Shown here: positions 11,267 through 19,654 of the stretch, one piece after another
Layout: the number at the start of each line of letters is the position of its first letter
How positions within the stretch are numbered: the stretch's first letter is position 1
DNA from: Armatimonadota bacterium
GTDB taxonomy: Bacteria > Armatimonadota > SYMT01
Reading direction: 5' to 3'
NCBI GenBank assembly: GCA_046292385.1
Contig: JBKBRF010000020.1
Coordinates: forward strand, 1-64,000
Length of the DNA: 64,000 bases
The notes under the pieces: model-generated
What the model was told of the DNA's origin: nothing
What the model saw: only the letters and a program-made list of their open reading frames with translations
The model's database searches: none
Translations under genes and position numbers: made by a program

Positions 11267-11577
11267 CAGCTGCCGCTCCGGAAGTGCGGGAGCAGCGTTC
11301 CCACGCAGACCAGCGCCCAGAAGGCGGCAATCCAGAGCGGCTTGCGCAGAATGCAGCGGGAGGAGCGCTCCCCGGCGGCGTAGGCGGCGAGGAAGAAGCC
11401 GGCCGCCAGTGCCGCGACCGCCGTCAGGTGATACTGCGGAGGCAGCACCAGCCGCAAGAGCAGCAGGATCGTGCCCGCTTTGCAGAAGGTGAAGGCGATC
11501 CCCTCCAGCGCTTCACCCCGGGTCTTCTGCGTGGGCGGGGGAGCCAGGGCTTCCTCGGTCAGCGGCTCAGCGGCCAT
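11263..11577 (-). CDS. Small membrane protein (104 aa)
   Basis: About 3 TM; FTFCKAG and SRCILRKP; overlaps both neighbours. Confidence 0.7.
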   Translation of the reverse strand: MAAEPLTEEALAPPPTQKTRGEALEGIAFTFCKAGTILLLLRLVLPPQYHLTAVAALAAGFFLAAYAAGERSSRCILRKPLWIAAFWALVCVGTLLPHFRSGSW

Positions 11578-11995
11578 CCGTTTCTCCTTCGGCGGCGGCG
11601 TAGGCGGCGTCCGCGCCGGTGAGCGTCCGCGGGTAGAGGACCATGTAAGCGACCGCCATCACCGCCGCCAGGATGGTGCCGCCCAGCGCCTGCTCGGTCG
11701 AGACCAGCCCCCGCGCCAGGTAGAGGATGCCGACCAGCGCTTCCAGCACGCCGCGGACGATGCCGACCTGCACCCACACCACGTGCCGGTGCGGGTCCCG
11801 CGCCGCCGCGACGTAGCCGAGCCCCAGGGAGAAGAGGGCGCAGCCCCAGAGCGAGACGAGGAACTGAAAACCGGCGGGCACCTCCGTGAAGCCGAAGGCG
11901 GCGCCGACCCGCACCGGCACGAAGAGCAGCGCGAGCCCCAGCAGGAACAGGATCGCCGCATCGAAGACCAGCACCACCCGCAGGGTGAGAAGCAT
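11567..11995 (-). CDS. Four-TM membrane protein
   Basis: MLLTLRVVLVFDAA..., four hydrophobic segments; GGAGG upstream of ATG 11995. Confidence 0.75.
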   Translation of the reverse strand: MLLTLRVVLVFDAAILFLLGLALLFVPVRVGAAFGFTEVPAGFQFLVSLWGCALFSLGLGYVAAARDPHRHVVWVQVGIVRGVLEALVGILYLARGLVSTEQALGGTILAAVMAVAYMVLYPRTLTGADAAYAAAEGETDGR

Positions 11996-12015
11996 CTCCC
12001 TTACCTCCGGAGCTC

Positions 12016-12354
12016 CTACCGCAGGAGCCGGATCACACCGAGGAAACCTACCACCGCCAGCACGCCCGCTAGCCCGGCGATCGCCAGCATCGGCACCATC
12101 TCTCCGATCCCGCGCGTGTCGCCGGAGCCGGCCGTGATCAGGACGATGCACCCGCCCATCAGTGCGCCGCCTGCCGCGATGATGCCGCAGACCGCCGCGA
12201 GCATCGCCAGCAGCACCGCGCCGATCAGCCGGGGCAGGCTGGGAGGGGTCCGCGCTCCCGCGGAGGGCTGCGAGGCGCCGCAGTGGTAGCAGAAGCGAGC
12301 CCGCGGCGGCAGGGTGGTGCTGCAGTGGGGGCAGCGCGTCGTGTCAGCAGACAT
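12016..12354 (-). CDS. Zinc-ribbon membrane protein
   Basis: CPHC-x10-CYHCG zinc ribbon, then two TM segments containing GALMGGC. Confidence 0.8.
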   Translation of the reverse strand: MSADTTRCPHCSTTLPPRARFCYHCGASQPSAGARTPPSLPRLIGAVLLAMLAAVCGIIAAGGALMGGCIVLITAGSGDTRGIGEMVPMLAIAGLAGVLAVVGFLGVIRLLR

Positions 12355-13084
12355 GCTCGGGCCCTCCCGTTTCGGTCGCCGGCCTCGGCAGCGGCCTCGC
12401 CCGCCAGGCCGAGAGCGCCAGCGCGGCGGCTCCGGCCAGCGCCAGCTCCAGGCAGATCCACTGCGCCGTGGAGAGCCCCGCCAGGACCGGCGTGCGCTCC
12501 CGGAATAGCTCCACGCCGACCCGGCCGAGACCGAACAGGACCAGGTAGGCCCGGAAGAGATCGCCCTCCCGAGGCACCCGTCGCCGCACCGCCAGCAGCA
12601 CCCCCAACGTGAGCGCGGCCCAACCGGCGGCGTAGAGCTGCGCGGGGTGCCGCCACGCCTCGTGCTGGTAGACCGACCACGGGACGCCGGACGCTACTCC
12701 GTAGCAGCAGCCGTTGAAGAAGCAGCCGAGGCGTCCGACCGCCTCCCCGGCGGGAAGCGCCAGCGCGAAGAGGTCGCCGGTAGACCGGCGGATGCCAAGC
12801 CGCTTCTTCGCGATCTCGACGCAGACCCACCCCACCACGATCCCGCCGATCAGCGTGCGGCCGCCCAGGCGTGGGTCGAGCAACGCCAGCGGCTGGGCGG
12901 CGAGCGTGGGCCACTGGCTGACCACCCACTCGGTCAGCCGGGCTCCGGCCACACCCCCGGCCAGCCCCGCCAGCACCACCCACCCGATTCCCTCCGTGGC
13001 GAGCTTGCGCTGCCGTGCCGCGAGGTAGAGCACCAGGCCGCCGACGAAGTAGGCGAGGGTGGTGAGCAGTAGGCCCGGTGTCAT
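12344..13084 (-). CDS. Lgt-family (prolipoprotein diacylglyceryl transferase-like) protein, atypical paralog
   Basis: GRLGCFFNGCCYG, RHPAQLY, GRVGVELFRE; the HGG motif appears as TLIGG. Confidence 0.85.
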   Translation of the reverse strand: MTPGLLLTTLAYFVGGLVLYLAARQRKLATEGIGWVVLAGLAGGVAGARLTEWVVSQWPTLAAQPLALLDPRLGGRTLIGGIVVGWVCVEIAKKRLGIRRSTGDLFALALPAGEAVGRLGCFFNGCCYGVASGVPWSVYQHEAWRHPAQLYAAGWAALTLGVLLAVRRRVPREGDLFRAYLVLFGLGRVGVELFRERTPVLAGLSTAQWICLELALAGAAALALSAWRARPLPRPATETGGPEHVC

Positions 13085-13093
13085 GGCGTCTCC

Positions 13094-14638
13094 TCACGCA
13101 TCGATCCGGATCAGCTCCTCGGGAAAGTCGGCCGCGTCGGCGAAGAGCCAGCGCCAGCAGAACGAGTACCGACGCGGGTCTTCCTCGAAGGTTCCGGTAT
13201 GGACGCAGCACTGCCGGATCCGCGCCTCGTGGAAGGTGTGCGCGTCCATGAACATCTTCACCGTGATCCGGAAAGTCCTTTCGGCGGCGCGCTCCAGCGC
13301 CTGCTCGGAGTGGGAGACGCGGCTCCAGAGGCCGCCCAGTAGCTCCGGCAGGCCGGGGACGCAGTCGCACATGCGGCCGAGGTCGCGCATCAGGTCGACC
13401 GCCCCCACGCGGAGCTGCTCCGAGAAGACCCGCTGCAGCGCCCCGGAGCGGAGCAGCTCGGTCACCGGGCCGGACAGGCTGTCGAAAGTGATCGAGTTGC
13501 TCACCAGGTGGAGCCAGCGCTTCAGCTCTTCCCGGCCGATCAGCTGCGGGAGCGACTTCCACTCGTCGCGCGCGGTCCGCACCAGGTAAGTGAGGTCGCA
13601 GCAGTCCCGGTGGGAGCAGGGGAGGGGGATGAAGTCGCCGGCACTCACGAGCCCGCCGGTCTGCTCGCCCAGCCGCCGGAGCACGCCGGTGGGGGTGGCG
13701 CGGGAACGGGGATTGTAGGCGCCGATCCGGCCGGAGCCGAAGACCGGCTGAATCGCCAGCCCGGAGCAGCGGGGGGTGGCGAGGCCGAGCTTCACCAGCT
13801 CTCCGATCTCGTCCTCGTTGACGCCGCGGGCGACCGACGCGACGAGCGTGGTGAAGACGCCGGCTTCGTTCAGCCGCCGCAGCGCCTCCAGCTTTTCCTG
13901 GCCCACCTCTTCGTCCCGCAGCGCGCGGTACGTCTCCGGGCGTAGGCCGTCGAACTGCAGGTAGACCTCCACCCGGCGGCGCTGCTCCCGCAGGAAGTCG
14001 AGGAACCGGTCGTCCCGGGCGATCCTTCGCCCGTTGGTGTTCAGCATCACCCGCGTGATGTTCCGCTGCAGGACCCGCTCGACGATCTCCGGGAGGTCCT
14101 CGCGGAGGGTCGGCTCGCCGCCGGAGAGCATCAGCACCCCCAGCTTGCCGCCCTCGCGCGCCAGCATCGTATCGACGGTGCGGACGATCTCGTCGACGCT
14201 CGGGCGCTCCGGGCGCGGGACCGGGGTGCCGGGAGCGCTGGCGGACGCGTAGCAGGTGGGGCAGCCGTAGTTGCACCGCTCCGTCAGGTTGAGCAGCAGC
14301 ACGCAGGTGTGCTGTCCGTGGGAAGCCGGCAAGCCGTCCCGGTAGCCCTCCGGAAAGCCGCGCCAGTTGTCCGCCCGGTCCGGCACTATGGAGAGCGTGG
14401 GCGTGCTCCAGCCGCGGCGCGCCCGCCACAGCTCCAGGTCCTCCTCGTAGAGCGACTCCGTCTCGCCGTGCTCCGCGCAGAACCTACGCATCCAGACCGA
14501 GCCGCCATGGGAGACGAGCATCCCGTCCTTGAATACGTCCTGCTCGTCGGACCGGCGCGCGCCGCCCGCAAAGCAGGCGGGGCAGACGGTGCGGGTGTAC
14601 TCCTCGATCAGGTAGTCGCGCGGGGGAAGTCCCGACAT
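13094..14638 (-). CDS. Radical SAM enzyme, MJ0619/Tes (GDGT-MAS)-like
   Basis: N-terminal CPAC...CAEHG; CNYGCPTC SAM motif; SGGEPT; LNTNG; YLQFDG; PCSHRDCC; FMDAHTF...RQCCVH...YSFC. Confidence 0.85.
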   Translation of the reverse strand: MSGLPPRDYLIEEYTRTVCPACFAGGARRSDEQDVFKDGMLVSHGGSVWMRRFCAEHGETESLYEEDLELWRARRGWSTPTLSIVPDRADNWRGFPEGYRDGLPASHGQHTCVLLLNLTERCNYGCPTCYASASAPGTPVPRPERPSVDEIVRTVDTMLAREGGKLGVLMLSGGEPTLREDLPEIVERVLQRNITRVMLNTNGRRIARDDRFLDFLREQRRRVEVYLQFDGLRPETYRALRDEEVGQEKLEALRRLNEAGVFTTLVASVARGVNEDEIGELVKLGLATPRCSGLAIQPVFGSGRIGAYNPRSRATPTGVLRRLGEQTGGLVSAGDFIPLPCSHRDCCDLTYLVRTARDEWKSLPQLIGREELKRWLHLVSNSITFDSLSGPVTELLRSGALQRVFSEQLRVGAVDLMRDLGRMCDCVPGLPELLGGLWSRVSHSEQALERAAERTFRITVKMFMDAHTFHEARIRQCCVHTGTFEEDPRRYSFCWRWLFADAADFPEELIRIDA

Positions 14639-14903
14639 GCGATGCGTTCTCCGGAGATGCGGACCTGGGTCCAGTTCTCCGCGGCCGCCGCCGCACCTCT
14701 TCCGCGGGTCGCTGTCCAGGCCGTTCGCGGAGGATCCCTTCACCAGAAAGACGGAGTCTTGATGTGTGGGGCGACATGGACCGATAGATTTTCTCCGTTT
14801 TCGTAACTATGCAGATGAAGGACCGGTCTGCGGGGAAGGCGGCCGGCGAGGTGCGGAGTTCATCGCACCCCCAGCAGTGGCACTCGGGAGAGGATCTGCG
14901 GCG

Positions 14904-15128
14904 ATGACGCGTGAAGTAGCCCCCGAAGGTGAGAGTGCAGGCACCGTCTGTGCTTACTGCGGGCTGCGATGGGTGCTTGCAGGGGGCTCCTGCGTTCACT
15001 CCCCGACGAACCAGCACGAGCTTACGGAGAGAAAGCCGGAGAACACCTGCCGGCACTGCGGGGCGAAGTGGATCTTCGCGGGCGGCTATTGTGAGCAGTC
15101 TCCCAGCCGAAAACACGTCCTTCTCTAA
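14904..15128 (+). CDS. 74-aa protein with two tandem CxxCG-xxW-xx-AGGxC-xx-SP-xxx-H repeats
   Basis: CAYCGLRWVLAGGSCVHSPTNQH and CRHCGAKWIFAGGYCEQSPSRKH; GGAGAGG before ATG 14904. Confidence 0.75.
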   Translation: MTREVAPEGESAGTVCAYCGLRWVLAGGSCVHSPTNQHELTERKPENTCRHCGAKWIFAGGYCEQSPSRKHVLL

Positions 15129-16482
15129 CGACCGGGAGCGGGCGCTCGAGCTCCTCAAGCGCTACGGCTGGAACGCCACCTCGTTCCAATCGCTCGAGCC
15201 CGGAATCTCCTACTGGTTCGACAGCACCGGGGCGGCCTGCATCGCCTACCTGGACACTGGTGCCGCGTGGGTGGTCGCCGGAGCCCCCATCGCGCCCCCG
15301 GAGCGGTTTGCGGAGCTGGTGGAGCAGCTCATCGCAGCGGCCGGAGAGGCGGGCCGGCGCGTCTGCTTCTTTGCCACGGAGCAGCGCTTCGCCGGGGCGG
15401 TGCCGCTCTGCTCCGTCCCGATCGGCGAGCAGCCGATCTGGGACCCCTCGGAGTGGCCGGAGGCGCTGCGCGGCAGCCGCAGCCTGCGGGAGCAGCTCCG
15501 GCGTGGACGCGCGAAGGGGGTCTCCGTGCGCCAGGTCAGCCCGGAAGAGCTGGCGGAGCCGGACCCGCCGGTTCGACGCGCGGTCGAGGTGTTGATCGAA
15601 GGCTGGCTGGCACACCGGGCGATGGCGCCGATGGGGTTTCTGGTCCAGGTCTACCCGTTCGACTTCGCCGCGGAGCGCCGGATCCTGGTCGCGGAGCTCG
15701 GCGGGGAGGTGGTCGGCTTCCTGGCGATGGTGCCGGTCTACGCGCGGAACGGCTGGCTGCTGGAGGACCTGGTCCGCACCGCCGCCTCACCGAACGGCAC
15801 GGCGGAGCTGCTGATCGACGGAGCGATGCGCCTGGCCGCGGCAGGAGGGAGCCGGTATGTCACGCTCGGCCTGGCGCCGCTCTCCGGGCGGGTCGGGTGG
15901 CGGCTGCGGCTGGCGCGGGCGCTCGGCTCGCCGCTCTACAGCTTCGCGGGGATCCGCGCGTTCAAGGCCCGCCTTCGGCCCGGCCACTGGGAGCCGATCT
16001 ACCTGAGCTACCCGGCGGGTCAGAGCCGGACGCTCACCTTTTACGACGTCCTCGCCGCCTTCGCGCCGGGCGGTCTCCTGCGCTTCGGGATGGAGACACT
16101 CCTCCGGCGGCCGGAGCTGCCGGTCCGGCTCCTGGCGCTGCTGCTGATCCCGTGGACGCTGCTCCTCGCCACCGCGGAAACCGCACGCTGGTTCCCCGCG
16201 CTGTGGGTCCAGGCGGGGTGGGTGGTGTTCGACGCCGGGCTCCTGGCGGGGCTCTTCGCCCTGGGCGCCCGCTGGCGCCCCTCCCTGGCGACGGTGCTCG
16301 CCTCGCTCATCTCCGCGGACGCCCTGCTCACGCTCCTCCAGGTAGTGGTCTACAACCTGCCCCGCGTCCGAGGCCCGCTGGACTGGCTGGTGCTCGCCGT
16401 CGCGCTCGCCGGTCCCACCCTCGCCGCGCTCTTCCTCTGGTCCGTCCTCGGCCGGAGCGGCTCCGCCCGTTACGACGTCTGA
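15091..16482 (+). CDS. DUF2156 / aminoacyl-phosphatidylglycerol synthase catalytic-domain protein with C-terminal TM helices
   Basis: VAGAPI, RVCFF, IGEQPI, PMGF, SPNGTAELLI, TLGLAPL, LYSFAGIRAFKARL (MprF C-terminal-like); about 4 TM at the C-terminus; start uncertain (GTG 15091). Confidence 0.8.
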   Translation: MSSLPAENTSFSNDRERALELLKRYGWNATSFQSLEPGISYWFDSTGAACIAYLDTGAAWVVAGAPIAPPERFAELVEQLIAAAGEAGRRVCFFATEQRFAGAVPLCSVPIGEQPIWDPSEWPEALRGSRSLREQLRRGRAKGVSVRQVSPEELAEPDPPVRRAVEVLIEGWLAHRAMAPMGFLVQVYPFDFAAERRILVAELGGEVVGFLAMVPVYARNGWLLEDLVRTAASPNGTAELLIDGAMRLAAAGGSRYVTLGLAPLSGRVGWRLRLARALGSPLYSFAGIRAFKARLRPGHWEPIYLSYPAGQSRTLTFYDVLAAFAPGGLLRFGMETLLRRPELPVRLLALLLIPWTLLLATAETARWFPALWVQAGWVVFDAGLLAGLFALGARWRPSLATVLASLISADALLTLLQVVVYNLPRVRGPLDWLVLAVALAGPTLAALFLWSVLGRSGSARYDV

Positions 16483-16623
16483 CGGAAAGCGGGAGCAGAC
16501 ATGCCAACCAGGCGGGCGCTCATTTCATAGCGCTGGAAACAAGGAGTTCGGAGCGGAGACATCCCACATTATCTCGCCACCGCAATTCACGGTGCAGCCG
16601 CAAATAGGGAGTCGTGCGGTCTG

Positions 16624-18564
16624 ATGCCGGACGGCGGGAGGAGAACGGGATTGGAGCGTTCAGGGAGTTGGGGATTCGCGCGCCGGAGCGTTGCCGCGTG
16701 GGTTGGGGTGTTCTTGGGGGCTGTGCTGCTCGCAGGCCCGGCAGCTCCCGGCACAATCGCGAATGAGGATTGGATTCGTCCCATGGCGCCGGCAGCGGGC
16801 GGAGAGCACGCTATGGCGGTGGACGACGCGGGGAACGTCTACGTAACCGGCTCGGAGCCCTATTCGTCGATCGTCGTCACCGCGAGCTACGCTCCGGCTG
16901 GGACGGAGCGGTGGGTGCGCCGGTACGACGCGGGAAATGGCCCGAACTATTCCGGCGTGGCGGTGTTCGTCACGCCGAACGGCAGCGTCTACGTCGCCGC
17001 TTCTTCCGAGGAGTGGCCGGGGGGCGACTACATCGCACTCAAGTACGCCGCCGTAGACGGCGCCGAGGAGTGGGTGCGGCGCTTCCCGGCGCAGGGGAAC
17101 GCCCGAGCGGCCGCGCTCGACCAGGAGGGGAACCTCTCCATCATCGGCTGGTCGCGCGCGCGCTCGGAGCAGCAGGACCTCCTGACGGTTAGCTTCGGAC
17201 CCGATGGTGCGGAACGCTGGGCTCGCTGGTACACCGCTGCGGAAGCGACTACCGAGTATCCGGTCGGCATCGCCGTGGACGATCACGGCGGGGTCTACGT
17301 GGCGGGCACCTCCGCCACCGATCCGGTGACGAGCGACTATGTCACCGTCGCCTACTCCACGGATGGAAGCGAGAGGTGGGTGCGCCATTACGATGGACCG
17401 GGCGATAGTCGCGACTCGGCACGGGACATCGCGATCGACGGGGCTCAGCTCTACGTCACCGGCGACTCCTGGCCGGCGCTCGAGCTGCAGAGTGCGGCGA
17501 CCGTTTGCTACGGCCTGGATGGCACCGAGCTCTGGGTGCGCCGTTACAGCAACGAAGAGCGCAGAGTTTCCTACGTCAGCGCCGTCGAGCCGAATGGCCG
17601 GGGTCAGGTCTATGTGGTTGGCACATGCTGGACCTCGAGTACTACGCTGCTGCTCATGCTCGTGTATGGGCCCGATGGAACACTCCTGGACGAGCGCGTC
17701 TTCCCGCAGTTTCAGGGGATCCACACGGCGACCACCGATGCCGCGGGCAATCTTTACGTGCTGGGAGCCGATCCGCGGGATTGGACCGGCTGCCAGACGG
17801 CGAGTTTCAGCGTCGAAGACGGCGCGCTCCGCTGGAGCCGCCGGTACTTCAGCCAGAAGGACCAGAGTCCTGTGGCGCGGGCGTTTGCCATCGACTCCGC
17901 AGGAAACGTCTTCGTCGCGGTGCAGGAGCTCGGACCGATGCTGATCAAGTACTCGCATCGGCCCTCGGACACCCTCGCTCCGCAGCTCGAGCCTCGCTGG
18001 GGCGCTGATGGGCTCGATCTCATCGCCACCGACTCCGGCAGCGGCGTAACGCGGGCGCGGCTGAGCTCCCGCAGTCGGAGCTGCTTCCTGGAATGGGAGC
18101 GCCCGGAAGAGACGCGGCGCGTGCCGATCGGAGCCACTCTCACGCTCGACCCTCCCGCCGAGCGAGCGCTCCTGCGTGTGGTGGTGCCCTCCCGCTTTCC
18201 GGCCCGAGCGGAGTTGAAGATCGAAGACGCGGCCGGGAACACCGACGTCGTCCGTGGGGTGATCAGCTCGTTCTCCCCGCGGTCGGGACGGGTATTCACC
18301 CAGACCTTCAAGCGATTGACCCGCGGCGAGCGGTATCTGACGTTCCGTAATAGCGTGCAAAGAGCTTACAAGAGGCTCAGGGTGCGCGTGAATGGGAAGA
18401 CTGCCATCGCGAAGGGTATTGGGCGCGGTCAGGATCTCAAGCTCGACTTGGAGCCTTGGATGCGCCCCGGAAGTAACAACACGGTGCGGATCAGCGGTGA
18501 AGGCGAGAAGCGCGCCAGCGCCTTGGTGACGATCCTCAGTCGCCCCTTCGCGGTCTCCCCGTAA
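16624..18564 (+). CDS. Secreted SBBP-type beta-propeller repeat protein with C-terminal beta domains
   Basis: Signal-like N-terminus; repeated AVD..GNVYVTG and Y..DG.E.WVRRY units. Confidence 0.8.
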   Translation: MPDGGRRTGLERSGSWGFARRSVAAWVGVFLGAVLLAGPAAPGTIANEDWIRPMAPAAGGEHAMAVDDAGNVYVTGSEPYSSIVVTASYAPAGTERWVRRYDAGNGPNYSGVAVFVTPNGSVYVAASSEEWPGGDYIALKYAAVDGAEEWVRRFPAQGNARAAALDQEGNLSIIGWSRARSEQQDLLTVSFGPDGAERWARWYTAAEATTEYPVGIAVDDHGGVYVAGTSATDPVTSDYVTVAYSTDGSERWVRHYDGPGDSRDSARDIAIDGAQLYVTGDSWPALELQSAATVCYGLDGTELWVRRYSNEERRVSYVSAVEPNGRGQVYVVGTCWTSSTTLLLMLVYGPDGTLLDERVFPQFQGIHTATTDAAGNLYVLGADPRDWTGCQTASFSVEDGALRWSRRYFSQKDQSPVARAFAIDSAGNVFVAVQELGPMLIKYSHRPSDTLAPQLEPRWGADGLDLIATDSGSGVTRARLSSRSRSCFLEWERPEETRRVPIGATLTLDPPAERALLRVVVPSRFPARAELKIEDAAGNTDVVRGVISSFSPRSGRVFTQTFKRLTRGERYLTFRNSVQRAYKRLRVRVNGKTAIAKGIGRGQDLKLDLEPWMRPGSNNTVRISGEGEKRASALVTILSRPFAVSP

Positions 18565-18622
18565 GGTCCCGCCTCGTTCATCGCCCGGGCGCCAGGGTCG
18601 GTGCGGTGCCCGGGCTGCGGCG

Positions 18623-19654
18623 TCAGCCCTTGACGCCGCCGACGACCATGCCTTCCACCATCGCGCGCTGGCTCAGGAAGTAGATCACCAGCACCGGGAG
18701 GAGCATCAGCGTGGCGCCGGCCATCAGCATCGGGATGTCGGTGCCGTAGGCGCCCTGGAACTTCGCCAGCGCCAGGGAGAGGGTGCGCTTGTGGTCCGAG
18801 TTCAGATAGATGAGCGGGGAGAGAAACTCGTTCCAGGCGCCGAGGAAGGTGAAGACGGCGACGGTAACGGTGACCGGCTTCGCCAGCGGCAGCAGGATCG
18901 TCCAGTAGGTGCGGACCGGCGAGCAGCCGTCCATCTTCGCCGCCTCGTCCAGCTCCAGCGGGATCGAGAGGAAGTACTGCCGGTAGAGGAACGCGAAGAA
19001 GGCGCTGCCGAAGAACGCCGGCACGATGAGCGGTAGGAACGTATCGATCCAGCCGAGCTGCCGGAAGATCATGAACGACGGGATCATGCCGATCTGGCCG
19101 GGGATCATCATCGTCGCCAGCATCACCATGAAGAGGACGTTCTTCCCGGCGAACTGCAGCCGCGCGAACCCCCAGCCGACGAGCGAGCTGGAGAGTACCT
19201 GCCCGATCACGCTGAGCCCGCAGATCAGGAGCGTGTTGAGCAGGAAGCGGACGAAGTCGTCGTCGCTGGAGCCGGCCCTCGGCGTGAGGATGCGGGTGTA
19301 GTTCTCGGTCCGCAGCTCCACGCGCCGCTCTTTCACGAGCTCACGGCCCGGCACCCAGTCGGTGCGGCCGTCCGGGAGCCGCACCTTGGCGCGCTCGCCT
19401 TCCACCAGCACCACCACCTCCTGCCGGCCCGTGGGGGTGGCGATGTAGGTGCGGACATTGGTCGGGATCCAGCGCGGCGGCATCTCCGCGACCATCTCCT
19501 TCGTCTTGAGCGAGCTGGAGAGCATCCAGACGAACGGGATCAGGATCGGAATGGCGCCGGCGATCAGCACCGCGTAGAGCAGCGCCGGCGCCAGGAAGCG
19601 GCGCGGGCTGCGGGCGCCGCGGCGCGGTTTGGGCGGGACGAGGGGAGCGCTCAT
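18623..19654 (-). CDS. Carbohydrate ABC transporter permease (MalG-like)
   Basis: SIPLELDEAAKMDGCS EAA loop, AWNEFLSPLIYL; overlaps the upstream stop. Confidence 0.92.
   Translation of the reverse strand: MSAPLVPPKPRRGARSPRRFLAPALLYAVLIAGAIPILIPFVWMLSSSLKTKEMVAEMPPRWIPTNVRTYIATPTGRQEVVVLVEGERAKVRLPDGRTDWVPGRELVKERRVELRTENYTRILTPRAGSSDDDFVRFLLNTLLICGLSVIGQVLSSSLVGWGFARLQFAGKNVLFMVMLATMMIPGQIGMIPSFMIFRQLGWIDTFLPLIVPAFFGSAFFAFLYRQYFLSIPLELDEAAKMDGCSPVRTYWTILLPLAKPVTVTVAVFTFLGAWNEFLSPLIYLNSDHKRTLSLALAKFQGAYGTDIPMLMAGATLMLLPVLVIYFLSQRAMVEGMVVGGVKG

Noticed and set aside
11066..15128. Radical SAM cluster as a classical RiPP (SPASM) locus
   Set aside because: No SPASM motif, RRE, protease or exporter; motifs fit the MJ0619/Tes type better, though peptide substrates are not excluded.
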